The notes below the pieces were generated by a model that saw only the letters and a program-made list of their open reading frames with translations, was not told the DNA's origin and did not search any database. A stretch of DNA of 57,164 nucleotides, filler included, from Sphacelaria rigidula (Eukaryota): assembly GCA_964200075.2 (NCBI GenBank). It is 5 parts of 5 records of this genome, joined end to end, with 100 filler letters (N's around TTAATTAATTAA, not from the genome) between each part and the next. Parts side by side here need not be neighbours in the genome. Positions count along the whole stretch, not along the records: positions 45,815 to 57,164 come from CAXNAA020005034.1; 4 more parts are not named here. The stretch is one strand, 5' to 3'. This document shows positions 50,371-57,164 of this stretch, piece by piece. The position numbers and the translations under genes were made by a program. The number at the start of each line of letters is the position of its first letter. Position 1 is the stretch's first letter.

Positions 50371-53300
50371 GAAAGTCTGTCCGCTGATGCTTGGATCCCG
50401 CATATGTTCACGTCTTCCTTTCCTGCCCGTTTGCACCACTCCGTTGCACACTGGTCAGATATAATCGTAACATGACACTTCAGCGAAGCAGGTCTCACAC
50501 CCGCACAATCATCCCCTTCTCCCTCCAATGATTATTACGCGCGCCACGCTGCCCCTCAGGTGCTCACCTGTGTTGGCTAAATCGGACCTGAGGTTTTGAA
50601 CCCGTGAAGCTGGGGGCGGCGCAAGGGTACATTCCGTGCAAATTCATCTCGTGTTTGGTGATTATCTAGGCGGTGGACCACATCAAAGGGTCATCTTAAG
50701 ATGGAGGTGGTCGCATGATACATGGCCGGAGGGGGGGGGGGGTGGAGAGTTGGGAGTGTGTGGGTTCCTGTCTGGTGCTTGGATTCCAGGCGGACAAAAA
50801 AAGGCGAGTGTGGAAGGCCGCAGAACCATACGCCGTGTTGCTGCCGGTACTGTGTGTCTTGTTTGCACTTCACTGCCGGGCTCATGGCAACTTATTCAGA
50901 CGATGTGGAGAGGTGATGCGGGAAGAATTCGAAGTTGTCGATGCTGAAGCGAGAATGTCATTTTTAAAGAGTTGGTGAGTATTTCTGTGATCACAATGAG
51001 ATGACATCTGGTGACACTGCCTGCTGATTGCTGGGTGGTATGGTAATGGGGGATTGCCAAGTGATGTGGGCAGACAGCAGTCCGTCCGAGCTTGATTGGG
51101 CGGCGATCACGACGTGTATCGCGCCGGGGAGCAGCGATATAAAGCAAGGCTGGATGGGTGATGATATTGAGTATGGGCGAGCCCTTGGACGCGGCCAAGC
51201 GATTGCAGACCTCGGTTTCGCGGGGGACTGAGCGTAGTAGAGACGAGGACATATGGCAGTAGATGGTACTGTGTACTGTGCGGCGAACATTCGACACGGG
51301 GAAGGTCAGTCTGAGGGGATTATATCCATATAAATAAATATACTTACCCTGAATAATTTTTGGGGTCTCGCACGTCCATTAAAACGATAAAGATATCGCG
51401 AAGAGATAATACCACGCTCCTTCTACCGAGTAATCAAAATTCAGGTAGGAGCTTCAAGTCGAGGATGCTAACACGGACGGATCAAATGCTCGTATCCACA
51501 CGAAATGTTGGACATATGGTTGCATTTCTCCAGCTCGTCGTAGGTATTCTCAACTCCGTAGCGGCATAAAAAATTGGACACAGATAACCGGAATATTGGG
51601 ATCCTACGTGAACAAAACATGGGGAATATAGTGAATCAGAACGGACCACCCGATTCCCCCTAGGATCCCAACATTTGGGGTAACGGAATCCAAACTTGCA
51701 CCGCTAGTAATACCGGTCAGTAGCTACGAGGCGGAGAAATGCGGCCATATTTCAAAGAGTGGGTGTGAATACGGAGATTTTCATTTTCGAGGCCATCATC
51801 CTCAATCAATAGCTCCATCCTCACGTTTGATGATCGGCTGTTACACGTTGTCAGCACCAAAATATTGTGCCGTTCACCATGATCAGAAGGTACCGATACT
51901 TCTTCGTCGGGGATTCTTTTTCTCAATAAAAGTAAGATTAATGTTATCAAAAATAAAGCTACCCCCCTCAACAAGGACCCTGACCGCAATGCCGATGTAA
52001 GCGCCATGCACCCTCATACGGGGAGAATGACGACCCCGGGGAAGTCAACCTTTAGCTCGCCGCTGTGACGTGGTAAAGTCGGTAAAAGGCACTGTAAACG
52101 GTCGCGCTGCGATTGATGCGCAGTACACAGTCAGACGTCCACTGCTTAAGAGACCCTGTCATATTGTGTAATGTGGCGTACAACGTCGGGCGTGATCACT
52201 CGGTCGCACGGGGCTAACCTTTTACAGAGTAAAGAGGGAGCAGTCGTTCTTACTTCGTGCACTTTACTGCAACAATTACTGCAACACTTCCTTTCTGGCA
52301 ATGACTAGGTCTACCTTACAGACTAAGAGTCACGACTATGCGCAATTCTGCGAAAATGGGAACGAAACGAGCATTTGTCGAGCCCCATATCGTGACAGGA
52401 TGAACGCGGTGTGCAGATATTACCAACGCCGACATCACCCGGGGATATAGCACCTGCGCGATACCTCCGACTGCAACCAACTGGACTGCCAAAATAATTG
52501 CAGACATATCGTGTAGCGGGGTGATTTCGCGGAGCCTAAGCCACAGTGCTCGGATATACGGTAGCGTACCTGTGCCCATATCTCGCGTCCCGCGGCAGGG
52601 ATACTGCTGTTTCGGCTGTATCTTTCGGTACCAGGTTTATGCGGCGTCACTGCACCTGGTGTATCTTTGCACGGTCGACTGGTGGAATTTTCGACTTTTA
52701 TGCATCATTTTTTATTGTGCATTTCTCGGCCGCTGCTTTGGACCATCAGGTAACACTTGGTGCACCAGTTGGGCACATTACAGGTAGCATATGCCCCGGA
52801 GAGTTCATCGACGCGAATTCCGATTTTCAACTATACCGTCTGTATTTCCTCAGAGTGACTATCTCGCGTCCGAAATTCTGTGCACCGCCAGTACATGGAA
52901 CCTTACTCTCTTCCGCATCACGGCCAACTGGGAGGCTGCAGTGCTCGCGAACAAAGATCAGTACTGGCGCCGCCGCTGGATCATGACAATCTGTAGAAAA
53001 GGCATTCCGGTATCGACTGTAAAGATGCTCAGGGCAGGAAGCACGATGGTGCTCGCAATGTCGTCGCTGCTATCCGCTGAAACGTCGGGAACATCTCACA
53101 TACCCCACAGTCAACATGCCCACGAGTCCGCATCTAGGGTTGGGCGTCGCAGCAGTGCGCGAGAGGATGAAATGAGCTCCGATTCTGTTCCGAGAGATAA
53201 ATATATATATTTATTTTGGTACAGCACTGTTTCATCAATAAGAAAATAGGAGAAAAAGCGCAACTTTTCTTCATATCTTGATCGTTTCTTGAAAATGCAA

Positions 53301-53676
53301 GTTTGGCGTACAGAAAACGCGAAGATGCCCTGGAACGGTCTTAACGAATGGAGCAAGTTATTTCAGGATATCAACAACCGCCCCGCCCTCTGTTCGGGCG
53401 AAACACGACGGAGAACGGTTTCAGAGGCACTTTTCAAAAGGTTTTTTTCTCGACACATGGGAAGTGGACTCACCTCGGAACTTCACGGTAATTCTTGCTC
53501 TCATTTTCCGCTTGGGTGTACCTTAACGTCGAACAGTACCTAGAATTCCGCGAGCGACAGGTGACGAGATTCCGCTCAGCACCGGTGACAACGGACCCCG
53601 GATACGAGAGCTCCACAATGTACCGTCCAAAGCAGGCGAGGAAGTGCCATGTGCGGCGTATCTTCTCTCTTGGTAA

Positions 53677-53709
53677 GGGTGGTGTTGAGGAAACACCAGG
53701 GGATGTTGG
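53677..53709 (-). terminator. histone mRNA 3' stem-loop element (H1)
   Basis: CCAACATCCCCT-GGTGTT-TCCTC-AACACC-ACCC, ~75 nt after the H1 stop; 30/33 identical to the H4 element. Confidence 0.8.
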
Positions 53710-53771
53710 ATGCTTGTCCGTTGGGCACACGTCCGGGAGGGAGATGTAGGTGAGACCCTGCGTCTCAAGGC

Positions 53772-54761
53772 TTAGGCTGCGGGCTTCTTGGGAGCAGCTT
53801 TCTTTACAGCCGGCTTTTTCTTGACTTTTTTCTTGGGGGTGCCACCCATTTTCTTAGTCACGATCTTCTTCTTAACGACTTTCTTCTTGGGGGTGCCGTC
53901 CGCCTTCTTGGTTGAGGTCTTCTTGACGACTTTCTTCTTCACCACCTTTTTCGGGGTCTTCTTCACTACCTTCTTCTTGGCGGGCTTCTTGACCACCTTT
54001 TTCACGACTTTTTTCGGCTTCGGCGCCGGCTTCTTCGCCTCGGCAGACAGCTTGTACGAGCTTTTCACCTGTTCACACGTGAATCATTTGCAGTACAACG
54101 GTAGACGAGCAAGTCGGCATGGGGATGCTTGGCCGCGCTCCCGCGCCCGGTCAACACTCGCGTCTACTTTACACAGCGAATGATGAACCTGGGTGCTACA
54201 CTCGTAGGCTGGTCTCATCATTCACAGTATATCACGCACGGCGTCCATCACTCATCAACAACTCCACATGCTCACCTTGATGAACTTCTCCGACTCGGTG
54301 CCCTTCTTGAGCGCGGCGCGAAGCTGGTGAGGCGCGAACTTGGTGGCGAGCTCGGGGTGGGTGGTTACCATGTACTTCTTTATGGCGGCGAGGCTGGAGC
54401 CATTGCGCTCCTTGAGAGATTTGATGGCCTCGAACACCATCTGCGATTCATGACACACGAACAGCACACAACAGACATTCCTTATCCGGCATTTCCCCGT
54501 CGGCAAACATGCGGCAGGTGCAGCGATATACAGTGCTGCACAGCAGCCCCACTCGTGGGAGGGTGGTCGGACCAGGCGGATGCACTCGTCCCACACTCGG
54601 GCGATGGCAATCACTTGTGCTCTCGGGGTGACGTCTTACCAAGCATTTGAAGAAAGCACGAGATGCAGCCCAAAAATCTGTCTGGGATGGAGCCGCTTGG
54701 GCGCAGGAGGCACCACAAGCATCCCGCTCATGATCAACCTCACCTCATTGTAGCTGGGCAT
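53772..54761 (-). CDS. H1: histone H1 (linker histone), 3 exons
   Basis: Exons 54761-54744 (MPSYNE|gtgagg), 54440-54276 (MVFEAIKSLKERNGSSLAAIKKYM..LRAALKKGTESEKFIK|gtgagc), 54068-53772 (VKSSYKLS.. K/V/P-rich tail with TPKK motifs, TAA); winged-helix H15 motifs. Confidence 0.93.
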
Positions 54762-55392
<631 letters not shown>

Positions 55393-55460
55393 GCGCTGCA
55401 CCCGATCTTATATATTCGTCAGGCCTTGTCGCTCTGGAGCAAACGCATGATTCTAACTAG

Positions 55461-55494
55461 CCAACAAACCCTGGTGTTTACTCAACACCACCCA
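55461..55494 (+). terminator. histone mRNA 3' stem-loop element (H4)
   Basis: CCAACAAACCCT-GGTGTT-TACTC-AACACC-ACCCA, ~80 nt after the stop. Confidence 0.82.
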
Positions 55495-56757
55495 CCTCAT
55501 AAAAGAAGGTGCACCTGGCTCCACACGGTGTGGTCACGACTGATGTTGGAACAACGTTGAGGTCGATCGCCTTCGCGAGTACCGCATACAACATTGTAGG
55601 GTACACCACGGTGGTATTTCGAGATTTGAATATCGTAAGATGCTCTGTGATCGCACAGCGGCGCGATCAACTTCTAGATTTTCTCGAACTTGTTTTTTTC
55701 CGCACAGGTGTGCGTTCTCACGATCCCTGTGTGAACACCGCACCCCCTGTGCGAAAGTCGAATTATATCATTTGGTATTGCTTCTCCGACGCACACCTCT
55801 CTGGCATTTTCGAAACTAATACGTACGATACCCAGGAATAGCACGGTATGAAGGACCGCGATAAATTCTGGTGGTCGTAGCTGTCATCACATTGAAAACC
55901 GTTCCGATATCTGCGTGGTACATTGTTCATTCGTGCTGGGCATCTGATACGACTGCCTTCCGTCGTCACAGGCTTGCATGCTATATAAGGCATGAACAAA
56001 TGAAACAAGACAGGAAACAAGAAGGACCCCAAAAAAACTCACAGAACGCGATACAAGCTGAGGGTATACCCGGTAAATACCGGACGCCAGGCACTCTCCA
56101 CGTTGCAGCAGCTGGTCCCAACTGACGGAAGGGTCAAGAGTTGTCGAAGCAGGTACACGTTGTTTACACAAGTAATATAATATACCCAAATTCCACCTAA
56201 TTTGTGAGATAAATTCGAATGAACTCATTTTCATGTAGTCTGAAGTGCGGTGGATTTGTTTTCCTGATTTGATGGGCCCACCACATACATTTCTAATCTT
56301 AGAAGACTTGACCTCAAATTTACAGTTGGCAGCGTGCGGAGAAGATATGAAAAATAAAACAACGACGCTAGACTTTTCCCACCGAAAACGTGCGGTCAAA
56401 AAGCACGAAGCGGCACTTGACTCCTATCTTCCAGACAACCAGCCATGCAGATAGCACCTGTTCATGAAACCGTGGAAACTCTCACCAATTTGTTCTTAGC
56501 TACCATCCAAACCCTGTAGCATCGAGTACGAGCTGCGCACGGGGATAAATATACTGCTGTAGCTGGGTATGCCTTGTTTATTCTTTTTGCCAAGACTTGC
56601 GCATCTTTTATGGTGGAATCAGCGACGGGACTGCGTGGTGCAGTGGGCAACCGAGTTGCGCACACCCTCATGGACAGTGCAGGCAGTACAAAGCTGCACA
56701 CGTCGGACAAGTAATTACTTGTCGAAATGAGTGGACTCGTGGACACTTTTCGAAAAC

Positions 56758-57105
56758 ACAACGAGTATGACTCGTGCTCGAGTCGCCACTTTTTTTTGCA
56801 ACGAGCAATGACTCGTGTGCTCGAGGCATCACTTTTTTTTACAACGAGCAGTGACTCGAGTGCTCACCCTACTATTTTTTCCCACAACGAGCAAGGACTC
56901 GAGTGCGCGCCCTACTATTTTTTCCCGCAACGAGCAAGGACTCGAGTGCTCGCCCCAGTATTTTTTCCACAACGAGCAGTGACTCGAGGGCTCGCCCTAT
57001 TTTTTTTCTCCACAACGAGCAATGACTCGAGTGCTCGCCCTACTAACTTTTTTCCACAATGAGCAATGACTCGAGTGCTCGCCCTATTAACTTTTTGAGC
57101 AATGG
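56758..57105. repeat. ~43-bp minisatellite, ~8 units, each with an internal palindrome and T-tract
   Basis: Consensus CAACGAGCAATGACTCGAGTGCTCGCCCTACTATTTTTTCCA. Confidence 0.9.
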
Positions 57106-57164
57106 ACTAGAAAAGGTATACCTTCTCGTTTTTTGCCCAAGAAAGGTACGAAAAATGGCCAGAA

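Noticed and set aside
50900-53200. Coding-like stretches with short ORFs, including a TM-like segment at 51717-52007
   Set aside because: No recognisable motif or consistent exon chain; may be more decayed cargo of the adjacent element but cannot be supported
56758-57105. CRISPR-like array of palindromic repeats
   Set aside because: The intervening segments are near-identical T-tracts rather than unique spacers; eukaryotic context; no cas genes

Overview
Eukaryotic, intron-rich, repeat-rich DNA. It is most likely a brown alga (Phaeophyceae, stramenopile), judging from the long GT-AG introns, stramenopile-type histone H4 and bZIP sequences, a tRNA-derived SINE and dense MITEs. The window is NOT contiguous. 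It is five contigs (1-11355, 11456-22809, 22910-34262, 34363-45714, 45815-57164; lengths 11355/11354/11353/11352/11350, i.e. size-sorted) joined by an artificial N44-TTAATTAATTAA-N44 linker, so no linkage can be inferred across junctions. Genes reconstructed by hand from splice sites and exon phases: (contig 1) an FHA + WDR70-like WD40 fusion gene head-to-head with the first exon of an ACAD10/11-type acyl-CoA dehydrogenase; (contig 2) the 5' part of a stramenopile bZIP factor and two exons of an unknown gene; (contig 3) a probable secreted FG-GAP/VCBS-like beta-propeller gene with a large insertion; (contig 4) an S/Q-rich gene whose last visible codons resemble the TnpB/IS605 HTH; (contig 5) a frameshifted H3TH/PIN-like nuclease-CXC gene converging on an OTU-like remnant, and a divergent histone H1 (3 exons)/H4 pair. 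Highlights: a 33-nt histone 3' stem-loop element with a 5-nt loop plus a purine-rich downstream tract, shared by the spliced H1 and the intronless H4; a unique ~850-bp imperfect hairpin, probably intronic; the FHA-WDR70 fusion; the decayed nuclease-CXC/OTU module; and several MITE families with diagnosable target-site duplications. All homology calls come from motif recognition, not database searches.
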